Shown: positions 1 to 14,390 of the stretch, piece by piece
Numbering within the stretch: the stretch's first letter is position 1
Layout: every line of letters begins with the position of its first letter
Source: the human T2T-CHM13v2.0 reference genome, Homo sapiens
NCBI RefSeq assembly: GCF_009914755.1
Contig: NC_060934.1
DNA: 64,000 nucleotides
Reading direction: 5' to 3' (one strand)
The notes under the pieces: model-generated
What the model saw: only the letters and a program-made list of their open reading frames with translations
What the model was told of the DNA's origin: nothing
Databases searched by the model: none
Translations under genes and position numbers: made by a program

Positions 1-262
1 ATCTTTTTATTTATTCTGAAAGTCTAAGATATTAAGAATCAGTACGTATTTTAAAATAAGACTGCATATAGTTAGAAAAATATGCTTCGAGAGCTTATAT
101 TTTATTTCGTTAAGAAAATAAAACCATGTACAAAAATCATTTCTGTTCACTCACACCAATCCTGTTGTTTGATCTTTGTGACTAAGCACCACCATAAAGC
201 ACGAAGCTCTGAAGGAAGGTGGCGGCAGAGCTCTCTCCTTAACCCCAGGCTGCCTTGGGGTC
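1..262 (-). other. ZNF438: ZNF438 3' UTR (cleavage site probably just left of the window)
   Basis: Follows the TGA; AT-rich; contains AATAAA signals. Confidence 0.85.
6..15 (-). terminator. Overlapping tandem polyadenylation signals AATAAATAAA
   Basis: Plus strand tttatttatt at 6-15 gives two AATAAA on the minus strand; another AATAAA at 101-106. Confidence 0.75.
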
Positions 263-875
263 TCATTTCTCAGCTTCACTGGAAAGTTCGATCACTCCCT
301 GGTTGGAGACCGTATTTAAAATAGCCCACAGTTTGGAAGGGTCCTCACAGTTATGCTGGTGCTTCCAGTGGTGGAGGAGGTCCTCTTTCCGTCCCAGCAT
401 CTCTGCACAAAGCAGGCAGTTAAAGCCTGAATGGGACCACAAGAGAAACGTGTGGAGGCCAGGACACTCAGGGCCCTGGCAGGTTTCCCTTGGCTTGTTG
501 GTTCCTGACTGGGGTCCTTCATTTTCCATGAGCATTTCCACGCCATTCTGATGAAGGTGGAGCTGCCTTTTCAGTCTTGGACATGCATGTGATTCCTCGG
601 AGGAGGAATGAACCTTCTCCGGCTTCCCTCTCTCAGGATGCCTTTTCCAGTCGGGGCTAGCGTGCTGCACCAACTCTTCCTGAGTCCCCTTGCTTCCTGG
701 GAAGGTCCCTTCTTGTAGCCTGCCCTCAATTTCCTCTCCATGAACATCAAGTAAATGAAATTTTATTTCCGCAAAAGACTGAGCAGTAATCTGACAACGA
801 CCACATTTGATTTGTAATTTGACTTCGTCTGCCTGGTTTAGAAGGAAGTCTTCTTCCAGGTTGGACTTGTTTTCC
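263..875 (-). CDS. ZNF438: ZNF438 last coding exon (613 nt incl. TGA), two further C2H2-like fingers
   Basis: Acceptor ccttttcag|GGAAAAC at 875 (phase 2, AG|G Arg). Contains CGRC..HLLDVH and CLLC..HWKHQH; TGA at 265-263. 37+1837+613 = 2487 nt = 828 aa + stop. Confidence 0.96.
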
Positions 876-1564
876 CTGAAAAGGCCAATAATAATGAAGA
901 TAAGATTTCATGGAAAAATGCAATTGGAACCTTTCCTCTCAGCTGTCAGCCTTCAGGGATCTAAAACATAACACTGACGAGAAAGACAAGGGCTGGGGTA
1001 AACAGAGAGCACCTGGGAAGACCTTCTGCAAGGACCGTGGTGAATACTAATTGTCACTCCTGCTTGTGGCCACACATTTCTCCAGCTACCAGGGTTCATT
1101 TAGTCAACAGTCCTCTTCACGCATCTGTCCCAGGCGAGCTAACTCGTCTTTGGTTACCACAGGGACAGGAGCAATCACGTGGAAGAGTCACGTAAGAGCG
1201 CGTGAAGGGCACGGGAACACCCTCGGTTCTGTTGAAGGTAACGGTCCCACCCTACCCACTGTGGCTCTCCCTAACCTTGAGCACCAATACCTTCTATTCA
1301 ATTTTGGCTCACTCTGTCATGTTCAGTAAAAATAAAGGGTGCCTACCCTATTTCTTCCTTGCTTTTCTAGAGTTTCTCCTTTTTCTTAGACGTTTCTGTC
1401 CCCTTTAAGACCTCTGTGCCTTTCACTAATGAACCATGAAACCTCACTTCTTCCTTCTTTTCCTAGAGTTAGATTTTGATTTTTAGGTACAATGTCCAAA
1501 CTACATTTGGCAAGAGCGTCTGTTTTCATTTGGGGAAGAGGAGAAGATTTCATATTCAGAAAGG

Positions 1565-3346
1565 AGCCAGTGAGCACCCAGCTGAAGGTGCAGCCGGGAC
1601 TTGTGGGGCTAGTCCTGAGAGTGTCAGGTTCATGTGTGCAGGGTTGGCCAGGGCCACTGCACTACCTGCACCTTGCCTGCTGTTGCTGCTGGGAAAACAT
1701 GGAGAGGAGGTGGGCAGTCCCTGAAACCTGCCGTCATGAGAGCCACTGCGATGGGGCCAGGCTGAGTCACCTGCTGGCAGGGGAAAACAGCACACTAGGG
1801 CATGCAGGAGTGGGTAGAGAGGGGCCCTGAGGCAGAGCTGGGCCAGGGGTGGTGCCACACTTCATGGAGCCAGTGGGAGCTGGGGACAAGCACGAGCCCT
1901 GCCCTTTCCAAGTTGACGGTGTGGGAGCTTACCAGGCACAACTGCCTGCAGCTGCCCAAGCTGCAGCTGTGACCCAGGCACCCCTGTGCTCTTGGAAGCT
2001 GGGAGCAGGCAGGAGCGCTCCTGCCCTCCCAGGCATCACTGTAGCTACCCTGCTGTGGCTGCAGATCCAGGCATCTCTGCACTCTCAGGGGTCCAGGAAG
2101 GCCCCTTTCCCCCCACGGGCTCAAGAAGCACCTGCTCCTGCTGCCTGGCTTCTCCCTGCTGTCAGCACCTGCTCCAATCTCAAAGCAAGGCTGGGGCTGA
2201 GCCTGGGCTCTGCTGTAACCTGGTTGGGTGTGCACACGCTTGAGGCAGTGCTGATATGCCCACCTCCTACCCCATTGGCCTGCTCCAGACTTTGGGTGCC
2301 AATAAGCATGGAAGGGAGGCTGAGGAAGGGGTGCTCAGGACAGCTTGGTGCCGGCCTGCAGGTGCCCCCTCAGCATGAACAGCCTGGGTGCCATAAACAG
2401 AAGCAGGGAGCAAAGAAGCTCCTGGGCAGAAAAGGGGAGGTCCCCGGTGAAGCCCCACCTTCAAGCCAGAGAAGCCCTGAAGCCTGGGGGCCAGGTTGCC
2501 AGTCATGTGGACTGGAGTGGGAACTTGTGGTGCTTTTCTGGGTCTGTCCATGACTGCCCATGGACCAACTGCACGCATTTCCTCTCCTCTGAGGCACATA
2601 AAAGCCCCGGACTTAGCCAGACTTGAAGAGACAATGGGACGACCAGTGGCAGAGAGGAGCTACCCTCTCTGCTGAGAGCACAAGAGATGACGGGGAAAAC
2701 CTGCCTGCAGAGAGGAACTGCCCCCTGCAGTTCAACTCTGAGCTGTTCTATCACTCAATAAAGCTCCTCTTCATCTTGCTCACCCTCTACTTCTCTGTGT
2801 ACCTCATTCTTCCTGAACGCAGGACAAGAACTTGAGACCTGCCAAATGGTGGGGCTAAGAGAGCTGTAACACAAACAGGCTGAAACACGCCTCTTGCTTG
2901 CCACACAGCAGGTGAAGAGCTGCGGCCCTTTGGGGAGCTCTGTCCTGGGAGCCCCCTGAGCCAGGGCAGTGACTCCCTAGTCTCCAAGCTTCTGGGCAAC
3001 ATCATGTTCCTGGTGCCAACCGTGGAAGCTGCTTGTGATGTGCCTGGTCCAGCCACAGCCTTGCAAGGAGGTGGCACCTGGAGCTGCCTGGCCTGCAGCA
3101 GCAGCCGGCGTGCCTGCCTATGCGCAGTGGCCAGACCCCACGCTCACTCACACATCCCTCACCACTCTGTGCCTGGCTCGCCCTTGGCAGGCATGGGATC
3201 TAGGCCGGTAGCATGAGCTGAGTGCAGCCTGCTAGGTTCCAAGTGGGTGGAACGAGCCTAATGGGCCAGAGCAAAACTCAGGCCAAGGCGCCACTGGCCA
3301 CAGAGGTTTCCGGCTGGTGAAATGACACCCCAAGGATCCCATAGCA
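1565..3346 (+). mobile_element. MER52-family ERV1 solo LTR (left boundary approximate)
   Basis: GC-rich, CpG-decayed MER52-type sequence. TATA-like cataaaag at ~2597, AATAAA at 2757-2762, terminus ...cccaaggatcccatagca. Confidence 0.75.
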
Positions 3347-3827
3347 ATAATACCAGGAAGCAGTGCTTGCAAAAAGGAATGACACCAGAAAGAGTGAACC
3401 CGAACTGATGGGAAAAACAGGGCAAATGAAGAGGGTGGGGTCTGGGCACCTTAAGGTAGGGTCAACATGACAGACCCACCCACTCTGAGTCCCCAACCAT
3501 GGGTCATGCCGCATTTTGGGGCAAATGATGCTGTTTAAAATAACGCAAATTCTGTGGATGTGATTTTGGGGGAAATTACTTGTAAAGACCACTGGAACTA
3601 TATACAGTACTTTACTAGATTGGTTAGGGTAATTCCAAGTATGGATGATCAGAAACCAGAGAGAAACAAGATCATTCTTCACAGATCTAGGAGGTATACA
3701 TAGCTACTTTATGAAATCTTAATCCTAGAGATGTTTTATAAACTCTCCTTTCTGAATATGAAATCTTCCCCTCTTCCCCAAATCAAAACAGACTCTCTTG
3801 CCAGGTCTCCATTACATTGGCACTCAC

Positions 3828-5664
3828 CTCTCCAATGATCCCTCCATGCCTCGCACACTCATGTCTCTGTTCTTTGGTATGTCTCCTGGCTGCAGTTCAC
3901 TGGGCGCAGGCTCAGTGCTGATCACAACCCTATGCACTTCTTTCAGATGGCCAAAATAGACTCGGATGTGGCCAAACACTTTTGCACAAAACTCACAACA
4001 CATGAGTTTCTTCAGACGGTTCTCACCATGATGAAGTTTCATGTGTGTGCTCAGGCTGCCAGGACGTACATAGGACTTGCGACAAATCCGACAACTGTAA
4101 GGGCGTCTGTTGGTGTGTGTATTCATGTGGTCTCGAAGGTGCTGTTTGAACTGGAAGTGGTGGTTGCAGACGTGACATCTGTGCCAAGGCTTCTTAATGC
4201 CAGAGAATCCATTTCTGAACACGGAGCTGGGCTTAGGGGAAGAGCTGTTGTCTTGCTTACAGCCAAGATATTTAGGAGTGAGTGAATTATTTAACAAAAC
4301 ATCCTGTCCTAGGCCCCCAAGCATCTGGGACTGTAGTGTAGTTGGAGAAGCCAGGGAGGCCAAAGTGGGTATGACCATGATAGGTTTGGGCATAATGCTA
4401 CGGTATTTTTTCAGGGTCCCCAGCTTTTGGTCTCTGAATTCTTGGGGATCATTTTTTACTCTTTCTTTACCATCTCTACACTTATTAATGATATATTTCC
4501 TCCTTTTTCCCTGAAATGCCAAAATTTCATCTGGTACCTTCCGTTTTCTTCCTTTTCTCTTTGCTGCTCCACTGTTCAGTTTTGTTTTGTGGTTAAGATC
4601 AAGTTTGGTGGGTGGACAAAAGGCACTTTCACAGGCACTCTGCTGTGACACTTGTGGAACAGGTAGCCTGCTTGCCACCTTGGTGGCTGCATTAAAGCCT
4701 TCTGTGGTGGAGGGTATCTTATCACAGTCGGCCTTAGGTCCTGGTAAAGAAAAACCTGCAATGTTAGCATCTGATTTGATTTTGTAAACCTCCATTGTCT
4801 TCATTCTTGAGTAGGGTGGGATTGGCAGTTTCCCTTTGGGGACTGAAGAGATCAACTGAACTGCATTGCCAAGAATGGTTGGTGATAAATTGGTCATGGT
4901 TTTTGCAAGATCAACTTGTTCTTTAAATTTTTCACTGGCAACAGCAGAAGGTTTACTAGATGTTATCTTGCTTACAAAGTGTGCTTTCCCTGAAAGAGCT
5001 GTGAGGTCCTGCTTGGCAGGCTCCTCTGGTGTGGATGATGCTGGGGTAGCAGGAGGGTTCAGACTGCCATGGGTGTTGGTCACTGGTGGTCTCAAGTCCC
5101 CATGGTCACTTCCATTGGTCAGCGCAGCTGTGCTAATGCTGGCTGGGGCTTGCTCTAGTGATGGTACTTCCTCAAATGGACTGGATTTGTACAGGAGTTC
5201 AGGGTGGTGAGGTGGGGAAGGGGACATCTGAGGACACATTTGGGTTTGGGCAGGAGCTTTGCTACAGCCACTCTTAGGAAAGATCAGGATGGGTTTCTTT
5301 CTTGATGCTTTGCTATTTCTAGGGGGTTGATATCTAGGAATAGGAAGTTTCAGGTTTTCAGGTAGGGACATTCTGGGTTTCTGAATTGGCTGAGCTGAGG
5401 CAACATGTGGCAGAGCAACAAGAGAAAATGTCCCCTCCTGGCCAGCAACCTGCATCAGGGCATAGTTCTGGGTGGACATCCCCAGCAGCTTGGAGTTGAT
5501 GGAGGGTCCCAGATTCACCTGATCAGAGCGTGATGGTGAATGACATGGCAGCATTCTGGACGTTAGGACTTTGGGCACAATTTTTGGTGCAATGGTCCTA
5601 AACTGACTCTTATTCTGCAAACCTTTCCTACTCTGTATTGTTCCAGAAGGGATGTTTGATTCAC
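3828..5664 (-). CDS. ZNF438: ZNF438 large internal coding exon (1837 nt): Pro/Ser-rich region, basic NLS-like patch, three C2H2 fingers
   Basis: Acceptor tcattgcag|GTGAA at 5664, donor GAGAG|gtgagt at 3828. Open frame contains CHVC..HMNTH, CRIC..HMKLH and CEFC..HLKEVH. Protein recognised as ZNF438. Confidence 0.96.
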
Positions 5665-6784
5665 CTGCAATGACAATAAAATATAAAGAGTTACTGTATG
5701 TAACTGTTCTGTTAGTGATACTTCAAACAACAAGCATCTTATTTACTCTGCCCAGAACAGATTCCTTGACCTACCTCCAAGCCTTCTGGGCAAAATCTTG
5801 TGTCCCTCAAGACCAGCTTGAAGATCAATTCCTGCCTACCTTCCCCAAGGATTTCTATACTTATCTATGGTTCCTTAGCTCCTATTATGTTATTTACCAT
5901 TTTCCATAATAATTTATGTGTTTATGTGTATCTCTACTAGTCAACACTGCTTGACAGCGAAAATTCCGTCCTTCTCATCCATGTATTCTGCAAGTCCATC
6001 CTCTCCATTTAACCTATCCCCACTCATCTTCACATGATGTCTGGTATGTTCTGCTATGTAGTTTATTATTTTATATACATGTTCTGCTTTCCCTATTAAA
6101 CTTCAGCTTTGTGAGGGTACAGCCTATATTCATCTCATCTTGATATTTCCCACTGTATCCTTTGTATAAAACAAGCGCTTCTTGTATCAAACTCATTTTT
6201 CACTCAATCTCAGGATACACCATTTGACCCACTGGCAGTTGAATTTGTTTTGCACAGTGGATGCATTCCAGACTGAATGCTAGCTTTGTTGCTGTTTCCC
6301 CATGTGACTTACGAATTTCTTCTCACACCTTTCAAACTGTTTATGTGTGCTTTTGCAATTAAATCACCAGTATTAAAAAAGCTGATGTGACACCTTTAAA
6401 AAATGTTGAACAAAAAACAGAAAGATACAAAGTGATAAGTACAGATACAGAGACAACATGCAAAATATGTGAATGGCATAAAAAGCACCTTCTAGGATAC
6501 TAATAGGAACAATTTTGACTGATAGGGTAACACTTCATTCTTTCTGGATTTATTAGCCTGACCTAAGATCAATTACTACTACCTTAAGAGAACAATTAAG
6601 GAAACATTTTGGTGTCCTGCTTCTAAAGACTGAATTATCTATTTTATTCTCTGAGGTCTCAAGGTCACAAGACCTGGCTGCAGAAATGTTTCTAATTTCT
6701 AAGTATCTCATATTAATCAAACTTCAATTCACATTTACTAGGCACCTACATTATTCCAATCATTATCCCAGGATTGGCTATTGC

Positions 6785-7105
6785 CAAGTCCACAATCCCT
6801 TTTCTGAAATTTTTGGAGGAAGATGTGGTTTGGAATTTATATTTTCAAATTTTGGAAAAGTAGTAAGATGCGTGTACTAAATGTTACATAACTCCCAGCG
6901 GAATCTGCAGGGCACCCATAATTGAACCTATTACCACTTCTGTAGCAAAACATGCAAATATTCGCAAGTTGGACAAATGAAGATTTTTAAATTGTCTTTA
7001 TTTCAGTTCAAGTTTTTGCTTCTGAATGAGTTTGTAACAACTTTTCATAAACTTCTGTTTTCAGAGTTTTTTAGATTTTAGAGTTGGGGGTAGGGGACTG
7101 AACAC
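6785..7105 (-). mobile_element. MER46C-like Tigger DNA transposon
   Basis: Decayed TIRs caagtccacaatccctt / taggggactgaacac; internal similarity to the recalled consensus. Confidence 0.65.
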
Positions 7106-7173
7106 TATCTGTTAGAGGATACAAGGTAGGTAGCAGACAATCTAGTGAAACAGACAATTGAAAATGTAAAATC

Positions 7174-7483
<310 letters not shown>

Positions 7484-7500
7484 TGTAACATCAACCTTGA

Positions 7501-7804
<304 letters not shown>

Positions 7805-8589
7805 CGTCAACCTTGATTTTAATGCCTACAGTGAGTGAATTAACAATTTTAGCAGGAAGTTGATTCTTTCAGCAGAAATGACACCGCCTAAATAAACAAG
7901 CAACCTAGTAGAAATAAGGTGAAATTTATATTGACCAGTTTATTTTTAGAAAGTAATTGTTTTGCAAAGAAAAAGGACATTATGAAACATAAGTTCACAG
8001 GATAGCCTGCACGAGAGTAAGAAGTACAAGGACTAGTGAGTGCTATTGTCTGGAAAAATCAGACAAAGATAATTATGTTATTTGTTGTTTTCCTTCTGAG
8101 TTTGGTTACCGTGAATTCCGCTTATGGGTAAATTGAGTGGTAAATCACTTGACAATAGTCATCTGTATGGATTGCTACTTCTTCCTACATAATTTTAATT
8201 TTTAAGTTTTATTTTCATAGCCTTTAAATTTAAGTGTTTTTCATTTTAAACCTCACCTTCTCATCTTTTTTTTTTTGGAAGAAGTACCAAAATAAGTCAT
8301 AAATAAACACTTTAAATCAGGATTGAGAGACTTTGCAGAAAGCCTAAAATTATTGATGGCTTTTGGTTACTTAGAGATGTGGCTTAATAAATAATTACAT
8401 TAACAGTAATAATGTTCTTTGCATTTACACAACAGATCTGGGGTGTGGAAGGAAGAGAAGAGAAAATATTGGGTCATTTATCACTAGTTCTTCCTCCTAA
8501 CTGGGCAGAAAATATTTACCGCAAGATGAGCTAGAACAAAGGCTTAGTAATTCACCCTCTTGAAAGAATATGTGACAATAACACATCAT

Positions 8590-9010
8590 AGCACAAGATC
8601 TATGACTCCCTCATCTCAAATCTGTCCAATGGCTCTTCATCTCAGAGTAAAGCCAAAATCCCTGCAATGGCTTAAAAGGCCTCATGCTTAAAAAGGTTCT
8701 CAGGAGCCTCTCTGACATATTTCCTCTACTTGCTCCACTCCAGCCATGGTGGCCTCTTTGCTGTTCTGGGCATGCACCTCCTGAGAGGAGGCTCCTGGCT
8801 GGGAGGAGCATTGGCTACTCCCGCCCACCCAAGACACTCTTCCCTCAATAAATCCCCAGTACTTGCTGCATCGTTTCCTTCAAGGTTTTGCACAAATGGC
8901 TTCTTCTCAACGAGCATCTCCTCTGATGACCTTATTTAAAACTATATCCCATTGTGAACTCCCTGCTCCCTCTTCCTGTTTCATTTTCTCTAGAACATAT
9001 GCTCCATTTA
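8590..9010. mobile_element. Old L2 fragment (continues ~9650-9750 after two Alus)
   Basis: Degenerate L2 3'-type sequence (ctcagagtaaagccaaaatcc; aaatatttgttgaat). Confidence 0.55.
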
Positions 9011-9696
<686 letters not shown>

Positions 9697-10929
9697 TCAG
9701 GGCCTACAGTGTCCAGTACGTGACAGAGATTTACTAAATATTTGTTGAATTTTTAAAGCGGTAATAGAGTGATCAATGAGAAAAATAAATAATTTAGAGG
9801 TTGAGCCTTGGAAATTTTGTAAACAGTGGGGAAAAAAAGAACACAATTTAAAAATGACCTTTAACATTTCCATATTTTGAAAATTAAAAAAGAAACAGAG
9901 GATATTTCTCTGAGACATCTTAAAATGTAATTTTATTTATTGCCAGAATAAGGAGCTAATAATCAACTACCTACCTGAGGAAATAACAAAAGAGAATGGT
10001 AAATTATGCTGCTGGGGCATAAACTGAAATAGTCAACGAAACAAGCAAGCTCTACAGAAAACAGACACACAGAGAGGAAGAGTGGGGGGATTAGAGCGAA
10101 GACAGAGGAACAATAGAAAGGGAAACTGAACCTCGGAGGCAGAGCATGGTAATGTCAACATGAAGAAAGGCAGAAATAACAGACAGCAAAAGATGCAGCT
10201 GAAGCAACAACAGTGGTCAAGGTCACCTCGAAGTCTCTAAAGACTTAAGTTGGGAAGGGGCTTCCTATTTTTTATGACCAAGTGTGAGAAAGCAACCTTC
10301 TGACAGTTAAGGTTTCCAGAAATGAAACCAGATATACTTCATAGAGCCATACCAAAAGGGAGTGAGCTAATTATGATATATTTGAAGTAAATGTGCTTCA
10401 ACGGATCTTCAAATGTCTCCACATTATAGTGGAAATAAAATCACATAGGAAGAGCAAGGGCATTCAAAGGAAAAGGAGGCCACTGTGGCCTGGGAACAAC
10501 AGGACACTCCTGAGCTCTGTCCTGGCTGCGAGAGCACCGATCAGTGTGAGCAGTGTGGGCAACCTGAAGTGACAGAGGCCCAGACGACCGGTATGATGTC
10601 TGCCAAACTGAGTCCGTGCTCCTCAAGGTCCCTGCGATTTAAAGAAGTGGATGCTGGGGTTGAAAGGCTTATCAGGTGGTTCATGATCAATATCACAAGC
10701 TAATCACAAAGAGTTTGTGGGGTGAAAAGATAAGGTCTTGTTGAGTACATTTAACATACTTATGCTTGTCTGGATCTATCAGGAAGTACATACAAGGGTA
10801 AGGGTCTCCATGAAGGTGGTGTTGAATCCAATTTCTCAGAATCATTATGGATAAATAACTAAACCAATGTGTTAGTAGAAATGCAAGGCAGGAGAAAGAC
10901 AGCAAGGCCACAGAAACAGAAGAGAAAAA

Positions 10930-11245
10930 ACCCTGGTAATTACTTAAGTGTCCACCAACAGGGTGCTAATAAGATAATCATCCAACCATACAATGTAATA
11001 CCACGCAGTAATAAAAACAAAGAATGAATCAGGGTGATCTGGAATACTCTCCAAGATGGGAGATGTACAGTATGCTATCACTTGGATTAACAAAAATGAG
11101 AAGATACACACACAAATATATCCTTTATATGTGCAGAATATCTCTGAAATGAAACAAAAGAAATCAGGATTATGGTGGCCTTTGTTGGGTGGAGGGACCT
11201 GGAGGAACTAAGAAGTCAGGAATGGGATAAGTGCTAACTTCCCAC
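10930..11245 (+). mobile_element. Old L1ME-type 3' end fragment
   Basis: Degenerate L1 3' UTR motifs. Confidence 0.5.
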
Positions 11246-12557
11246 CGAACACGCTCTGTGCCTGGCACACAGGAGGTGCTTAGACATATTTGTTTAATGA
11301 ATGAAAGGAAAACGAAAGTTTCCCTAGTTGAATCAGTTTTAAAAAGCAGTATCTTTTGGGATATTTGTGATGAGTGTGTGTCTATGCATAAATGACTGTC
11401 TAGATGTACACACAGAGAATGGCTCATGTCTTTTATTTTCCTTGACTACTTAATGACAAGAATTGCTAACGATCAGGGAAGTAATCTAGTAAGTAATCCG
11501 ACAGGCAGTGCATAACTATCCACCAAAGTTAAGCACTGAGAAGTATTAGAGCTCATTACCTCCCAAGGACAAGTGGAGTTGTACAAATTATTCCTCCAAA
11601 CATTTGCTCTTTAAGATAAAATAAGGCAATTTGCAATAAAGGTCAGTTATGCTAGAATAACTCGTGTTTTTTTGTTTTGTTTTGTTTTGTTTTTTAGTAG
11701 TCTGAACAACAGGAGTCCTTACAGAAGCTGAAAATGCCATTAAGTTTTCAAAAACTCTAACATACTAAGATAGTATGACTGCAGAAAGTCTTTCTTGGCA
11801 ATATAGTTATACAACAGTGGTTTATTCCACTACACATTTACAAGGCCTTTCACAGATGGTGTGATCTAAAAACTCTCACCTGCACCCACTAAATTACAGA
11901 TCTTACAGAACTGTGCACTAAATAATGAGAAGTAAAAATTTCCACTGACATTCATAATTTCTGGAAATCCTGCACAACTACCCGTAACACAGTTAAAGAG
12001 ACTCACAGGACTCTCAGGTACTAAACATGGACTTTTATTAACTGAAGACATAAAAGTGTCGCTCAGTAAAATTAATTTTGTACAATTATTCAACAGGAAT
12101 ACTTAATATTATGATCTTAAATATGGGCTGTTTTTAATATGTTAAGCATACTAAAATAACAATTTTGAAAAGTGACATTTACAGTTGGTGAGAAATTGAT
12201 CTAGCTGGGATTAAAGGGAAACTAGGAAGTGTTGAGCCCTTATTATGGTCTAGAATTAATGCTAGGTCTTTTAATTAAATCTTCATCCAAACTCTGCGAA
12301 TAAGTATTACTGTTCCCCTTACACAGATTAAGAAAAATGAGGTTTGAGGAAGTTAAATAATCTGCCAAAGTCCACATAACCCAGAGCTGTCCCACTCCAA
12401 TTTGAAGCAATGACCTTTTTCTTCATTTTCCTTCAAAGGGCAGGGGGATTATATGTAAAGTTGTCTGAATTTATCACAAAATATAATACCATATCTAAAT
12501 TTTAAATAGAAAAAATAAATTTTGAAATAGAAATGGCTTGTCATATTCTAAAATTTC

Positions 12558-12855
<298 letters not shown>

Positions 12856-12980
12856 TAAAATTTCTATTACCATTAAATTATACTAACTTTCTGAAAGCCC
12901 ACTTATTAGAGATAACTCACAGAAAATTAATAGTCATTTGAAAGCAAAAGCATATTTTTATATTTGAATTTGCCACTTAC

Positions 12981-13014
12981 TATCCATAGGACTCTGAGAA
13001 ATCCAGAAAGGCTG
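12981..13014 (-). other. ZNF438: Candidate alternative ZNF438 exon supplying ATG GAT A| (MDS- N-terminus, 818-aa isoform)
   Basis: Donor ATA|gtaagt at 12981, ATG at 12987; candidate acceptors at 13014/13011 (CAGCAG) or 12993. The 7 coding nt are phase 1 and in frame with the exon at 5664. Confidence 0.7.
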
Positions 13015-14390
13015 CTGGATATTTGGAGAATGTGCAACGTGTGTCCTCCTCCTCCTCCATTGCCATCAAAGGATTGGATCTGATGGATATCATTTACATG
13101 TTAAAGGCAGTGGAGGAAAGAATGAGGGCTCAATAGCACTAGGTGCCAATGTCTTACCCAGCTTTATTAAACTGTTTCACAATGCAGCTACCACAAATAG
13201 TATTAAGAGACAAGCACATGAGGCAATTCTCTAGATAGCTACAAACAGCTCACTTCCTGATGTCCATTGGCAGAACCAAAGCCTGCTCTGTTGCTTCTGA
13301 ATAAAGTTGTTCAACCTCTTCTGGTCGCTGGTTTGGGCAAAGTTCCATTATTCCATCTGCTGGGGCCCACAGGCCTACTGCTAAGAGTGCAGAAGGGAGC
13401 AGGCAGAGAAAGAGAGGCGTGTCCCTGCTCTTGAAACAGGCCCCCTGGATCCAGGCTCACGAGGAAAGTTCTGCCAAGTCTTGGTCACTAAAGAGCCAAA
13501 AATTTTAGGTGTTGTTCTGGTTTTAATTTTATTAAACTGAAATACTCTATTTTCAATTTCATTCGTTGTTATCCCTGTTTTCCCTGCCACTTGGCTTTCA
13601 AATAATAAATTCCACTTGGGGTTCAAACTGTTTCCCAAGATGGTCTCTAGTTAAAATAAATATGGTAAAACCCTGGAGAGGTCTGGGATAAAAGCAATGT
13701 CTCATAACACAAGGGAGTGCAACTTAATTTTGTTGAAAAACCTATAAACACCTTTAGCCATTGCCTACCCTCTCCCCAAGCTACTGTCCAGGGTCTGCAG
13801 CAGCAGTCAGAGTCAACAGGAATTTATTGAGCACTGACTATGGAGCATGCACTGTAAAACGTGCCGGCAATAGGCACAAGTGTTCTTTTGTTTCTAAGGA
13901 CTCAGGATGCCAAATGCATTTCTAGTCCACATATCTGCAGCATGGAGACCTCCTAGAGTCATCATGTCTCAGACCTAAATTTCAGGAAATTTGAGACAAT
14001 GCAAAGGAAACAAGCACATTCCTAACTGGAGATCTTGTATCCTGAATCTAGTTTAGTCCATTCTCCTTGACATACTTGTGTGTTCTGCTCAATTATTGCT
14101 CTTAGCTAACTCCCCTCTCCCTCCTTAACACCACCAGTGACATGCAGGGCAACTTCCACTCAGCACAGGCCTTTGAGATTTGTCTTGTCAAACAGTGCAT
14201 CCATCACCTCACTTCGCAGGGAAGGAAATTCTCATTTTCTGAGGAGCTGAGCTTCTTTATCAATACTGTTTCTTTAATATTATCCCAATGATAAGCAGAT
14301 TTTATGGGTTAGGTACTGTGCAAAATATATAACATGCATTATCTCACTTAATACCCAAAAAACCTGAATTAGGAACCACTGTTGTATCTG

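Noticed and set aside
1849-2553. 234-aa plus-strand ORF and overlapping ORFs
   Set aside because: Entirely inside the GC-rich MER52 LTR, non-ATG start, no recognisable domain; long ORFs appear in several frames, as expected for GC-rich DNA.
3932-5210. Plus-strand ORFs antisense to the large exon
   Set aside because: Shadow ORFs of the coding strand with no independent signals.
3824-5620. 598-aa ORF as a stand-alone gene
   Set aside because: The track's start is a TTG (Leu28) and its stop lies in the splice donor; it is an internal exon.
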